From Patescibacteria group bacterium (GTDB lineage: Bacteria > Patescibacteriota > Patescibacteriia > GWA2-46-9), in the NCBI GenBank assembly GCA_041660005.1, contig JBAZXG010000002.1, positions 122,037-186,036 on the forward strand: a DNA stretch of 64,000 nucleotides. The letters are read 5' to 3'. Below, piece by piece: positions 18,612 through 29,137 of the stretch. A program made the translations under genes and the position numbers. Each line of letters begins with the position of its first letter. Positions within the stretch are counted from its first letter, which is position 1. The notes under the pieces were generated by a model. It was not told where the DNA came from. It saw only the letters and a list, made by a program, of their open reading frames with translations, and ran no database searches.

Positions 18612-19424
18612 TTACCCGACGAAGAGCAGCCCGCCCGAATAGTCGCAGTACCCAAGCTCCAGGTACGACCTGCCGCTGACACTAATCCTGCTGTCGCGCG
18701 GGCCGAAGAACAACGACCCGCCGGACCGCCACTGGAGTGCGGCCATGTCATAGAGAAGAGTCATTCTGTCCCGCGCGAGCTCAGCCGGGTACATGACCTG
18801 GCCGATCGAGCTGTCGACACCACCAGTCAGAAGGAAACCCTCGTAAAGGTCCTCCATCTGCTCGCGCTGGGCGTTTATCGACCAGCCCTGCAAGGGATTC
18901 GGGAAGTATATCCCGACGACGGGACCTCCCCTCATGCGCTCGACGAGTCGCTCGTGACGGCTGCCCTCGACAATCGAGACCTGCTCGATGAGGTCCCCTT
19001 CGATGTTCTGACAGAACTTCCGGGCGGGGAACCGGGTCTCGTAGCTGCGGCCGACCGCAGGAAGGAAGGTCTCCTTCAATGCGCGACCGTAGTCCGACAC
19101 GTCGAACTGCGGGATCACGATCGGGAGGTGCACGGCCTTGAGGATGTTGGCAATGCTCGGCGTGCTCGCGATCTGCGCAAGCAGTGCCTCACTCTTGCAC
19201 TTGAAGCCGGCTTCGCCGAGAGCGAGCAGGCTCTCACCCTCGAAGGTGGACGACAGTCGTCCCCAGGGAGCGGTGTAGTCACACGCTGCCTGATCGGGGT
19301 TGTAGGTGAAGTCCGGTGCGCAGACAGCGGCCTTGATCCTCGTAGAAACAAGGCGTTGACCATTGTCCTCGTTGAAGAATATGGCCTCTTGCTCCCGATC
19401 TTCGTCGATCATTGATGTATTCAT
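18612..19424 (-). CDS. hypothetical protein (270 aa), GC-rich island
   Basis: Intact ORF in a region of visibly higher G+C; no recognisable motif. Downstream 18113-18611 has only fragmentary ORFs. Confidence 0.4.
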   Translation of the reverse strand: MNTSMIDEDREQEAIFFNEDNGQRLVSTRIKAAVCAPDFTYNPDQAACDYTAPWGRLSSTFEGESLLALGEAGFKCKSEALLAQIASTPSIANILKAVHLPIVIPQFDVSDYGRALKETFLPAVGRSYETRFPARKFCQNIEGDLIEQVSIVEGSRHERLVERMRGGPVVGIYFPNPLQGWSINAQREQMEDLYEGFLLTGGVDSSIGQVMYPAELARDRMTLLYDMAALQWRSGGSLFFGPRDSRISVSGRSYLELGYCDYSGGLLFVG

Positions 19425-19838
19425 CTTCTTCGTTCCTCTTCTCCACTAGCCGCCCAAACAGGACGGGTTACAAACAAACCTCAAAAACGAACAGGTTGTT
19501 ACAGAACAATCAAAAAAGCTCTCCACCCGAGGGTGAAGAGCTTTCGTGCAAGTATCTAATAAAAAGCTACGCGCAAGACAACTCTCCACCCTTTCGAAGG
19601 GTGAGCAAACTAACCGTAAGAAGAGTTAGACTTGGCAATCGGTACATATTAATTAATGAAAAGTTACCACTCAACCTATTCAGCGTCAAGACGCGCGCGG
19701 TTTTCCGTTTTCTTGACATTCTCCCTCTTTTCAACTACACTCTCGCCACTACTTAGTTACTTACTATATTTAATAAGCGCGAACGCTCGGTCGGGGGAAC
19801 ACCCACTCTTGGCGTCTCGTAAGTGAAAAAACACCACT

Positions 19839-20219
19839 ATGTTAGATAAGAAAGCCAAAGACCGTATTATTAAAAAATATCGGACCCACGACTCGGACAC
19901 CGGTTCAAGTCAAGTCCAGATCGCCATTTTGACGACGGAGATTAAGGAGCTCACGGGGCATTTAAAGACGCACCGCAAAGACCACTCGTCCCGTCGCGGG
20001 CTTTTAAAAAAAGTTGGCGAACGACGTCGGTTGCTACGCTATCTCGAGCACGAAGATCCGAAAGGTTTTGAAGAGCTCGTGAAGCAATTGAAACTAAAGA
20101 TTGCCAAGCGCTACGACCAGAAGACCATTGAAGCTGCAGAGGCCGCACACGTTGCGGAGCTTGAAGCTGCAGAAGAAGCGGCAGAGGTCGGCGAAGACGA
20201 TTTGGACGATGAAGCATAG
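19839..20219 (+). CDS. rpsO: 30S ribosomal protein S15 with acidic C-terminal extension
   Basis: LTGHLKTHRKDHSSRRGLLKKVGERRRLLRYL core; extra alanine/glutamate-rich tail. Confidence 0.9.
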   Translation: MLDKKAKDRIIKKYRTHDSDTGSSQVQIAILTTEIKELTGHLKTHRKDHSSRRGLLKKVGERRRLLRYLEHEDPKGFEELVKQLKLKIAKRYDQKTIEAAEAAHVAELEAAEEAAEVGEDDLDDEA

Positions 20220-20234
20220 GGTCCCCTTGAAAGA

Positions 20235-20780
20235 ATGATTAAACATAAGGAACAAAGAGTTGGCGTGTTCATCGACGTGGCGAACATGTACCACTCAGCG
20301 AAGAACCTCCATGGTTCACGAGTAAATTTCAAAGAAGTTTTAGAAGCGGCTGTCGATGGACGACGGCTGATGCGGGCTATTGCCTACGCCATTAAATCGG
20401 ACTCTGAAGAAGAGGTCAGTTTTTTCCAGGCGCTTGATAAATCTGGCTTTGAAGTAAAAACTAAAGATCTGCAAATTTTTCCAGGCGGCGCTAAGAAGGC
20501 TGACTGGGATGTCGGCATTGCCGTGGATGCTATTACCATTGCCCTCAAGCTTGATGTCGTAGTGCTAGTGACTGGGGACGGTGACTTTATTCCTCTGGTT
20601 GAGTTTTTGCAGTTTCAAGGGTTACTGGTTGAACTGGTTTCTTTTGGTGAGACAACTTCTTCAGGGCTCAGAGCCGTAGTTGATGACGTGACCGATCTCT
20701 CGGCTGACAAAAAACGATTCCTCATGCGTTCGCGTACTACACAGGCGACGTACCAGGAAGAAAAAACAAAAAGTACGTAG
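20235..20780 (+). CDS. NYN/LabA-like (PIN-like) domain protein
   Basis: VFIDVANMYH, DWDVGIAVDA, VLVTGDGDF motifs. Confidence 0.7.
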   Translation: MIKHKEQRVGVFIDVANMYHSAKNLHGSRVNFKEVLEAAVDGRRLMRAIAYAIKSDSEEEVSFFQALDKSGFEVKTKDLQIFPGGAKKADWDVGIAVDAITIALKLDVVVLVTGDGDFIPLVEFLQFQGLLVELVSFGETTSSGLRAVVDDVTDLSADKKRFLMRSRTTQATYQEEKTKST

Positions 20781-20857
20781 GCATTATTTACTATAACGCC
20801 GCTATCGATTGTGGGTGTTACTGGTAGCTACGTCATTCTCCCTGACCAAATGTTGGA

Positions 20858-23167
20858 GTGAACGATGTACCTACCATAAGCGCCTTTCGCCAAGCGGCTG
20901 AAGGACATCTTATGGATAAAACAGCTTCAACGAACGTCGTTCGTCGAGAAATAGAGTGGGGAGGTCGCACGCTTTCTATAGAATTTGGAAAGCTTGCCCT
21001 GCAGGCAACCGCCTCAGCGACCGTGCGCTATGGTGATACCGTTGTATTGGCGACGGTCGTCATGAGCCCGAACATCAGGGACGGTATGGATTATTTTCCA
21101 CTTACCGTTGACTATGAAGAGCGGTTTTATGCCGCCGGGAAAATAAAAGGTTCGCGCTTCATTAAGCGCGAAGGTCGTCCGACGGACGAAGCCGTATTGG
21201 CAGCGCGCGTCGTTGACCGTTCAATCCGTCCGTTGTTTGACGACCGTATGCGCAACGATCTACAAATCGTTCTTACTGTGTTGTCTTTTGATGGCGAAAA
21301 CGATGCGGATATTCCGTCGCTCATCGCTTCTTCTCTCATTCTCTCACTTTCTAACATACCGTGGGCAGGACCCATTGCTGGGCTGCGCGTTGGCCGCGTG
21401 AATAATGAGTGGTTGATGAACCCTAGTTATGAAGCGCTCCAGGAGAGCGATCTCGACCTTGTGGTTGCTGGTACGCATGAGAAGGTAACCATGATTGAAG
21501 CGGGCGGCAAAGAAATCTCTGAAGATGCATTTTTTGATGCCATTACCTTTGGCCAGCAGCAGCTGAAGCCCGTTTTGGATCTCATTACCGAACTACAGCA
21601 GAGTTACGGAACACCAAAGCTATCAGTTGACGATATGCTGAAGGACGACCTGGTACTTGAAGCCGATGTCGCAGAGAAAGTTCGATCTTGGTCACAAGTC
21701 GAATTGCGCAAACGGTTCTTTGGCGACGCACAGGCAACAAAGCATGACCGCAAACAGGTGTTGAGTGACATTAAACAAGAACTTGATGCTTGGCTGATTA
21801 CCGACCAGGTTGGCAAAGAGCGTCGTCAGCTTGCTTTCGCACTCTTTGATGGGTTGGTTGAAGATGAAGTTACGCGCGCCATTCTCGATGATGATCGCCG
21901 CGTAGACGGCCGCTCGCTTACTGATATTCGTCCGCTCTCAGCCGAGGTCAACATCTTACCGCGCACGCATGGTTCTGGTTTGTTCAGCCGCGGTGAGACA
22001 CAGGTACTCTCCGTTGTAACGCTCGGCTCATCGAGCGATGAGCAGCTCTTGGACACCATGGAGACGAATAGTAAGAAGCGCTACATGCATTACTACAATT
22101 TCCCGCCGTTCTCCGTTGGTGAAGCGGGAAGAATGATGGGTCCGAAGCGCAGAGAGATCGGTCACGGCGCGCTTGCTGAAAAAGCATTAGTTCCCGTGCT
22201 GCCGCCACGCGAATCTTTCCCATACACCGTTCTCGTTACTTCTGAAGTGCTTGGTTCAAATGGTTCATCATCTATGGCATCGGTTTGCGGATCAACGCTG
22301 TCGCTCATGGACGCCGGTATTCCTATTACCGCTCCGGTTGCCGGTGTTGCCATGGGTTTGGCGTCCGACGATAAAGGACGCTACAAAATTTTGACTGACC
22401 TACAAGATCTTGAAGACGGTATTGGCGGCATGGACTTTAAAGTTGCTGGAACTGCCAAAGGTATTACGGCTGTGCAGATGGACACCAAGACGCATGGGTT
22501 AACGTCAGCCATGGTAAAAGAAACATTGACCGCAGCACGCGATGGACGCATGAGAATTTTAAAGACGATCACGGACGTTCTGGCTGCACCGCGAGCGCAA
22601 ATGTCGCAGTACGCCCCACGCATTGTGACGGTTAAGATTAGTCCTGACCGCATTCGTGATTTAATTGGTCCTGGCGGAAAAGTTATTAATGAAATCATCG
22701 ACAAGACCGGCGTCTCCATTGATGTTGAACAAGACGGGAGCGTTAAGATTTGTTCTGCTAAAGCAGACGAGCTTGACCGAGCGGTTAAGTGGGTGAAGCA
22801 ACTCACGCGAGAAGTGGAAGTTGGCGAAGTGTACGAAGGCAAAGTAACACGTCTCATGGACTTTGGTGCTTTCGTAGAAATCTTGCCGAAGAAAGATGGC
22901 CTCGTGCACATTTCTGAACTCGCACCGTACCGGGTGAACAAAGTTGGAGACGTGGTGAAGATGGGGCAAGAGGTGAAGGTGAAGGTGATAGAAATAGATG
23001 AACTGGGTCGCGTCAATCTTTCTATGAAGCAAGCTATGCCGGCTGACGCTTTTCCTCCGGCACCCGAAGTGAATGATGCTCCTTACGAACGCGGTGGCGA
23101 CGATCATCATCACCCACACGCCGGTGGACCGCGCAATAACCGCCCGCAACATCCTCCGCGCCATTAA
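20858..23167 (+). CDS. pnp: polyribonucleotide nucleotidyltransferase (PNPase)
   Basis: Two RNase PH domains, KH (IRDLIGPGGKVIN) and S1 domains; His/Pro-rich tail; start may be the Met at 20912. Confidence 0.92.
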   Translation: MNDVPTISAFRQAAEGHLMDKTASTNVVRREIEWGGRTLSIEFGKLALQATASATVRYGDTVVLATVVMSPNIRDGMDYFPLTVDYEERFYAAGKIKGSRFIKREGRPTDEAVLAARVVDRSIRPLFDDRMRNDLQIVLTVLSFDGENDADIPSLIASSLILSLSNIPWAGPIAGLRVGRVNNEWLMNPSYEALQESDLDLVVAGTHEKVTMIEAGGKEISEDAFFDAITFGQQQLKPVLDLITELQQSYGTPKLSVDDMLKDDLVLEADVAEKVRSWSQVELRKRFFGDAQATKHDRKQVLSDIKQELDAWLITDQVGKERRQLAFALFDGLVEDEVTRAILDDDRRVDGRSLTDIRPLSAEVNILPRTHGSGLFSRGETQVLSVVTLGSSSDEQLLDTMETNSKKRYMHYYNFPPFSVGEAGRMMGPKRREIGHGALAEKALVPVLPPRESFPYTVLVTSEVLGSNGSSSMASVCGSTLSLMDAGIPITAPVAGVAMGLASDDKGRYKILTDLQDLEDGIGGMDFKVAGTAKGITAVQMDTKTHGLTSAMVKETLTAARDGRMRILKTITDVLAAPRAQMSQYAPRIVTVKISPDRIRDLIGPGGKVINEIIDKTGVSIDVEQDGSVKICSAKADELDRAVKWVKQLTREVEVGEVYEGKVTRLMDFGAFVEILPKKDGLVHISELAPYRVNKVGDVVKMGQEVKVKVIEIDELGRVNLSMKQAMPADAFPPAPEVNDAPYERGGDDHHHPHAGGPRNNRPQHPPRH

Positions 23168-23229
23168 ATCAGGGAGTGAGCTTCCCCTCACTTCCAACTG
23201 TGGATAATTCTGGGTATAACCTGTTCATG

Positions 23230-23262
23230 CACTGTGGCCTTTAGGGGCCACAGTGTTGTTTT
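23230..23262 (+). terminator. rho-independent terminator after pnp
   Basis: cactgtggcc-tttag-ggccacagtg followed by ttgtttt. Confidence 0.6.
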
Positions 23263-23767
23263 CCCTTATTTATCTGTACTTTCTTATCTTGTTTTTTTGG
23301 TTATTCCGTGCTATAATTATGCACAGATCATTAACAACCAAAGTCTTTATACGAAGCAGTGCATCGAATTCATAATAATTCGGTTCATAGCTTCCCATTC
23401 TACTAAACCGTCGGCGTAAATCCCGTTGTTACGCCACAGCCAATAAAAATAAAAAGCCTCCCGTCGTTCGTAGGGAGAAAAGGTGATTGCCGGTAGCGCA
23501 ACGTCGCCCGCACAACACCACCAAGGTCGGTAGAGTGGCCGCACGTTTCATAATTACGGGGAAACGCCTTAGGGTTGCTGTACAAAAATCTTGAGAATTG
23601 CCACCGGCGGTTCTGAAGAAGGAAGGCAGCCCAAAGAGGCGCATCACGCCATTTACAAACAAGGGCGCTGTATGCGCCTCTTACTCGTTTAGGGCTCTTT
23701 TTTACTCTTGCTCCCTTTGTTGCCGACTGGTATACTGCCCTCTGCTTTGTTAATTAGCTAATGATCT

Positions 23768-24130
23768 ATGGATAGCACGCTCGCAGAAAAAATTCGTCCG
23801 ATTTTACTTGAAACAGAAAGCAAACTTTTGAAAGAGTTAGGAGAAGTTGCCGGCAAAGGAGCCGATGGCTACGAAACAAATTTTCCGGATTACGGCAGCG
23901 ACGAAGATGAGAACAGCGCCGAGGTAGCGACCTTCACCACCAACCTTTCAGTTGAGAGTGAATTAGAAAAAGCTTTGCGTGATGTGCGGGCAGCACTGAA
24001 GCGCCTTGATGATGGTACGTACGGTAAATGTAAATATTGCGGAGAGCAAATTGATGAGCGCCGTTTATTTGCGCGTCCTTCATCGAGTGCCTGCATTAGC
24101 TGCAAGCAAGAGATGAAGAATCGGTTGTAG
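23768..24130 (+). CDS. DksA/TraR family C4-type zinc-finger protein
   Basis: CKYCGEQI...CISCKQ zinc finger after coiled-coil region. Confidence 0.7.
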   Translation: MDSTLAEKIRPILLETESKLLKELGEVAGKGADGYETNFPDYGSDEDENSAEVATFTTNLSVESELEKALRDVRAALKRLDDGTYGKCKYCGEQIDERRLFARPSSSACISCKQEMKNRL

Positions 24131-24139
24131 ACCGTTAGT

Positions 24140-24604
24140 GTGCTGGGGGTTATTGTTGTCGGTGCGTTTGTCGTTCTCGATCGTTTGACGAAAGTCCTGG
24201 CTGTTCAAAACAGCACCCTGAAGGCGTCAATTATTCCACACGTTCTTTCTGTAACTTCTGCCGTCAACACCGCCGGTCCTCTGGGCCTTCCGATTTCGGG
24301 CGGTGTTTTTTTTGTGTTGTCATTTGTTGTTGCGAGTCTTCTTTTTGTTTTTGTTTTTTTTGAGGAGCGCCGTAGTAACCAAGCGTTGTTTCTCGCCATC
24401 ATTGTCGGCATTCTGTCGAACACTATCGATCGCATGCAGTACGGTTATGCCATCGATGTATTGCGCTTAGAGCCCGGTCTTGTTTTTAATATTGCCGACC
24501 TATTAATCGTAGGCGGGGTCGTCCTTCTTTTTTCACGTCTTGTGCACCAGCTTTTTACCGAGCGTCATTCATTAGACCATAGCGAACATCATTCACTCGA
24601 CTAA
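24140..24604 (+). CDS. lspA: lipoprotein signal peptidase II
   Basis: SNTIDRMQYGYAIDVL and FNIADLLIVGG motifs, 4 TM. Confidence 0.7.
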   Translation: MLGVIVVGAFVVLDRLTKVLAVQNSTLKASIIPHVLSVTSAVNTAGPLGLPISGGVFFVLSFVVASLLFVFVFFEERRSNQALFLAIIVGILSNTIDRMQYGYAIDVLRLEPGLVFNIADLLIVGGVVLLFSRLVHQLFTERHSLDHSEHHSLD

Positions 24605-24613
24605 ATTCTCCGC

Positions 24614-26137
24614 ATGCCTTCTAAAGTTTACTCAGCAGCTACCATAGGGCTCGATGCAGTAACCGTGGAGGTAGAGGCAGACATTGGACGTTCTCTGCCG
24701 AGCGTGCTCGTGGTAGGCCTTCCGGATGCGGCCGTGCAAGAATCGCGAGAACGCGTTCGTTCCGCAATCAAAAATAGTGGCCTTACCTTTCCAACGACCA
24801 AGGTAACGATTAATTTAGCACCTGGAGATCTCAAAAAAGAGGGTCCGCTTTACGATCTTCCGGTTGCACTTGCTGTACTGTTGGCGGCTCATGAGTTGCC
24901 CATGGGCGAATTTTTGACGAGCACTCTGTTTTTAGGTGAACTGGCACTCGACGGAACACTCCGCCCGGTGAGCGGCGTTCTTTCGGCGACACTCCACGCC
25001 AAGGCAGCAGGTTTCAGGACAATTGTTGTCCCAAGCGAGAACGCTTCCGAGGCTGCGCTGGTTGATGGCATACTTGTCCTTGGCGCCTCTTCACTACTTT
25101 CGGTGGTGCGTCATATTATTGGAGAAACTCAACTTATTGAAGCAGCCACAGGGGAAAGTATATTTCAGTCATTTATCGGAACGGCGTTAGATGATTTTGC
25201 CTACATTCAAGGGCAGGCCCATGCGAAGCGGGCACTAGAGGTGGCGGCGGCGGGCGGCCATAATATTCGGCTGATTGGCCCGCCAGGATCCGGCAAAACA
25301 CTTTTGGCGAGAGCACTTGTCAGTATTTTGCCGCCGATGAACAAACAGGAGATGCTTGAGGTGACCAGGATTTATAGCGTTTGTGGCATGCTTGCAGGAA
25401 AACCACTTATGGCATCGCGACCGTTTCGTAGTCCTCATCACACAACGTCGCACGTGGCGCTCGTTGGCGGAGGAAGCCAGCCGCGACCAGGAGAAATATC
25501 ACTGGCTCATCGTGGCGTTCTCTTCCTGGATGAATTTCCTGAATTTCCCCGGCACGTTCTGGAGGCACTGCGCCAACCTCTTGAGGACGGTTCTATCGTT
25601 GTTGCTCGCGCTGCTGGAACAATAACGTTTCCAGCACAGCTTATGCTCGTTGCAGCAGAAAATCCTTGTCCATGCGGTTACGCAACCGATCCAATGCATC
25701 CCTGCACTTGTTCGTCGGCAGCCCTAGTGCGCTACCAACAGAGAATCTCTGGTCCGCTCTTAGACCGGATTGATATGCACGTTCCGGTGCCGCGGCTCGG
25801 CATTGAAGAGCTGCGGGGTAGTGCGGCCGCAGAGTCTTCGGCGTCTGTGCGGGAGCGTGTTTCTGCCGCACGATTGACTCAGCTTGAGCGATTTAAAGAT
25901 ACTGAGGTGCTAACAAATGCTGAGCTCGCGAGTGAGCAAGTGCGTCAGTGGTGCATTTTGTCTCCAGCAGCTGACGAGCTCTTAATGCAGGCGACTGAGC
26001 GTCTTAAGTTGTCGGCACGAGCTTATTATCGTGTTCGCAAATTAGGGCGTACTATTGCTGACCTCGCCGGCTCAGTTGATATTGAAGTGCCACATATTGC
26101 AGAAGCCTTGCAGTACCGAGGGGATGAAGGGCACTAA
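24614..26137 (+). CDS. YifB/ComM family Mg-chelatase-like AAA+ ATPase
   Basis: N-terminal Lon-protease-like fold (ATIGLDAVTVEVEADI...), AAA+ Walker A GPPGSGKT, C-terminal domain. Confidence 0.85.
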   Translation: MPSKVYSAATIGLDAVTVEVEADIGRSLPSVLVVGLPDAAVQESRERVRSAIKNSGLTFPTTKVTINLAPGDLKKEGPLYDLPVALAVLLAAHELPMGEFLTSTLFLGELALDGTLRPVSGVLSATLHAKAAGFRTIVVPSENASEAALVDGILVLGASSLLSVVRHIIGETQLIEAATGESIFQSFIGTALDDFAYIQGQAHAKRALEVAAAGGHNIRLIGPPGSGKTLLARALVSILPPMNKQEMLEVTRIYSVCGMLAGKPLMASRPFRSPHHTTSHVALVGGGSQPRPGEISLAHRGVLFLDEFPEFPRHVLEALRQPLEDGSIVVARAAGTITFPAQLMLVAAENPCPCGYATDPMHPCTCSSAALVRYQQRISGPLLDRIDMHVPVPRLGIEELRGSAAAESSASVRERVSAARLTQLERFKDTEVLTNAELASEQVRQWCILSPAADELLMQATERLKLSARAYYRVRKLGRTIADLAGSVDIEVPHIAEALQYRGDEGH

Positions 26138-26173
26138 AGGCATGGTATACTAGCTTTGTAAACGATACACTTT

Positions 26174-28384
26174 ATGGCACGTCGCCGACCTTACACACGC
26201 TCTCGCAGTTTTTTTGGAACGTCCGCAAGCTCGCTTCTGTCTGAAGAAACCGCTGACGGATTGGTGGTGCTCTTGCTTTTGGCATTCGCCGGAGTGAGCA
26301 TTTTTTCTATTCTCCATCTGGCCGGTCCTTTTGGATCTTTTTGGCTTGGTGTTCTCAAAAATCTTTTCGGTTGGGGAATTTGGTTGTTTCCGACTTTTCT
26401 CATTTTTCTCGCTACCATCCGTATGCGTCCACCGGTCAGCCGTCCGGCCGGCGTCGTTATCTTTGGCCTGTTGTTGGCTATCCTTTCCCTCTCCTCGTTA
26501 TTTGATACTCTGATTCCGCTTGACTTTGACTTGCGCCGGCAGCTCGTCGGAGAAGGGGGAGGATACGTGGGCTTATTTTTACGTTTTCCACTGGAAACTA
26601 TTTTTGGTTTTTGGGTTAGTGTGCTGGTACTTTTTTTGCTTTTCTTAGCTTCTATTCTCCTCATTTTCGATTTACCACTAGCACGTCTTGGTCACTTGCT
26701 CATTGCACCCGTTGTGGTCGCTCGTGATTTTTTCCGTGGCCTCTTTCAAGCGTCTGGTCAAAAAAATTACAGAGAAGAAGCTACACACAACGATGCTGCG
26801 TCGTATCAGCTCAATCGATTCACAATGGGTGCGGACGAAGAGGAAGAAACAGAAGAAGAGAGTGAAGAAAAAAACAGTCAGCCAGCGGCTCCGGCAACAC
26901 TTCCAGGTCTCAGTGCTAATAGGAGCCCACGTTTTCGCCCAGTGAGTATTGATCTACCATTAACGCTCCTCGAGGAGAGTAGCGACAAGCCGACCAGTGG
27001 GGATATCAACGCCAATCGAGACCTGATTAAACTCACCCTTGAGAATTTTGGAATTTCCGTTGAAATGGCGGACATCAGCGTAGGGCCGACCGTAACCCAG
27101 TACACACTAAAGCCAGATAGTGGCGTAAAACTGTCCGCTATTACTTCGCTTTCTAATGACCTTGCCTTAGCACTTGCCGCGCATCCTATTCGTATTGAGG
27201 CGCCGATTCCAGGCCGCTCCTTGGTTGGCATTGAGGTACCAAACAAAGCGGTTGCTCGGGTTCACTTGAGAGAGATTCTGGAGTCAGAGGGTTTTCAGAA
27301 GCGAACATCAAACTTAGCACTAGCACTAGGTAAGGATGTAACGGGGCTTCCCTGGGTCGTCGACCTGGAGCGGATGCCGCACCTGCTCGTTGCCGGCTCG
27401 ACGGGTTCAGGGAAGTCAGTCGCTTTGAATGGCGTCATTCTTTCTTTGTTGTATCAAAATAATCCAGCTGACCTCAAGTTTATTCTGGTTGACCCAAAAC
27501 GTGTGGAGTTTAGCATCTACCAGCACATGCCGCATTTGCTGACGCCGATTATTACCGAAGTACCTGCCACAGTGAATGCACTGAAGTGGCTGCTCGGAGA
27601 AATGGACCGTCGGTTTACCGTGCTCGCCGCAGCCGGGTTCCGAAACATTCAAGCATATAATCAGAAGTCAGTAGAAAAAATGCCTTACATTATTTTGGTT
27701 ATCGACGAGCTGGCCGACTTAATGGTGGCCGCTGGTTCAGAAGTAGAGGCGGCCATTATTCGTTTGGCGCAAATGTCTCGGGCTGTTGGTATTCACCTAA
27801 TCTTAGCGACGCAGCGCCCTTCCGTTGATGTTATTACGGGTCTCATTAAAGCCAACATCACCGCGCGCATAGCTTTTTCGGTTGCGTCACTCACCGACTC
27901 GCGAACCATCCTTGACTCGTCTGGTGCAGAAAAACTTTTGGGACGCGGCGACCTTTTGTACGTTTCAGCCGAAGTGACAAAACCGAAGCGTTTGCAAGGA
28001 GCATTCATTGGGGATGATGAAATTAGAGAGGTGGTTAACTTTCTCAAAAACAAAGCAACGCCCGAATACGTGAATGAGATTATTGAAAAACCCGGCAGAG
28101 GACTCGGTGGTTTTGACGATGCGTCTGACGACCCACTTTACCCTGACGTAGAACATTTGGTGCTCACGAGTCGAAAGGCATCCGCTTCATTTTTACAGCG
28201 ACGGCTCAAGGTTGGCTATGCTCGGGCAGCGCGGCTGCTTGATATTCTTGAAGCAAGGGGTGTCATAGGCCCAGGAGACGGTGCTAAACCGCGAGAAGTG
28301 TTGCTCGCCTTGGACGAGCGTGATATCCTGGATAGTACAATACCATCAGAAAGTGACGATGCCGACGAAACCGAAGAATTCTAA
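26174..28384 (+). CDS. ftsK: DNA translocase FtsK
   Basis: N-terminal TM segments, linker, motor domain LLVAGSTGSGKSV, gamma domain. Confidence 0.9.
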   Translation: MARRRPYTRSRSFFGTSASSLLSEETADGLVVLLLLAFAGVSIFSILHLAGPFGSFWLGVLKNLFGWGIWLFPTFLIFLATIRMRPPVSRPAGVVIFGLLLAILSLSSLFDTLIPLDFDLRRQLVGEGGGYVGLFLRFPLETIFGFWVSVLVLFLLFLASILLIFDLPLARLGHLLIAPVVVARDFFRGLFQASGQKNYREEATHNDAASYQLNRFTMGADEEEETEEESEEKNSQPAAPATLPGLSANRSPRFRPVSIDLPLTLLEESSDKPTSGDINANRDLIKLTLENFGISVEMADISVGPTVTQYTLKPDSGVKLSAITSLSNDLALALAAHPIRIEAPIPGRSLVGIEVPNKAVARVHLREILESEGFQKRTSNLALALGKDVTGLPWVVDLERMPHLLVAGSTGSGKSVALNGVILSLLYQNNPADLKFILVDPKRVEFSIYQHMPHLLTPIITEVPATVNALKWLLGEMDRRFTVLAAAGFRNIQAYNQKSVEKMPYIILVIDELADLMVAAGSEVEAAIIRLAQMSRAVGIHLILATQRPSVDVITGLIKANITARIAFSVASLTDSRTILDSSGAEKLLGRGDLLYVSAEVTKPKRLQGAFIGDDEIREVVNFLKNKATPEYVNEIIEKPGRGLGGFDDASDDPLYPDVEHLVLTSRKASASFLQRRLKVGYARAARLLDILEARGVIGPGDGAKPREVLLALDERDILDSTIPSESDDADETEEF

Positions 28385-29120
28385 ATCCGACACAGAAAGC
28401 CGGCCGGTGCAAAGCAGCCGGGTAGTGTTTCGTCGCGTGTCTGTGGAAGACGTGAATTCAGTAGGGTCAACATTGCGTAGCGCACGCGACAGTGCCGGAC
28501 AGAGCATCAATGATTGTGCTAAAAAAATTGGTGTTCCAGAACGATATCTGCGTGCCCTTGAAGGGGAAGATATGAGTTCGCTGCCGGGGTTGGTTTATGA
28601 GAGGCATTTCATTGTACGTTACGCTCGATTGCTCGGGCTCAGTCCTGCCCCGCTGGTTACTTCCTGGTCAGATTTACGCAGGGAGAGTGTTATAGGAAAT
28701 CAATTCGTGCAAAGAGTCAGTTGGAGAGACTTAAAAAGCGGTCCCATGTTTTGGCGACGTTTTGCCGCCTCTATTTTTGTGGTTGCTCTGGCCGTTTATT
28801 TAGGTAGTGAGCTTTTCGTTATGGCAGCGCCACCGCGTCTTGAGGTACAACAGCCGATGCCAGGCACCGTGGTAACGTCGGCGGACATGATTATATCTGG
28901 TGTTGCCGCAGCTGATGCTTCAGTTTCAGTAAATGGGCAGTTGGTAGTAGCTTCAAGCAATGGATCGTTCTCCATTCCCGTAACGCTGGGTCCTGGACCA
29001 AACAGTATTCGTATTGTTGCTGAGAAACGGTATGGCCGTCCGAACGTGGTTGAGCGCCAAGTTTTTTTGGCAGTGCCGCGTGACGTAACCGGTCTTGCGC
29101 CTACTCGTCCGACACTATAA
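28356..29120 (+). CDS. RodZ-like helix-turn-helix membrane protein
   Basis: HTH_XRE-like segment (SINDCAKKIGVPERYLRALE), one TM, C-terminal domain; start at MPTKPK overlapping ftsK end. Confidence 0.5.
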   Translation, partial: TMPTKPKNSKSDTESRPVQSSRVVFRRVSVEDVNSVGSTLRSARDSAGQSINDCAKKIGVPERYLRALEGEDMSSLPGLVYERHFIVRYARLLGLSPAPLVTSWSDLRRESVIGNQFVQRVSWRDLKSGPMFWRRFAASIFVVALAVYLGSELFVMAAPPRLEVQQPMPGTVVTSADMIISGVAAADASVSVNGQLVVASSNGSFSIPVTLGPGPNSIRIVAEKRYGRPNVVERQVFLAVPRDVTGLAPTRPTL

Positions 29121-29137
29121 TTTTTTAGAATTTTCTC

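Noticed and set aside
18156-18751. Overlapping minus-strand ORFs 18156..18416 and 18413..18751
   Set aside because: No motifs and inconsistent frames. They may be degraded remnants of the island gene's neighbourhood and are not called as genes.
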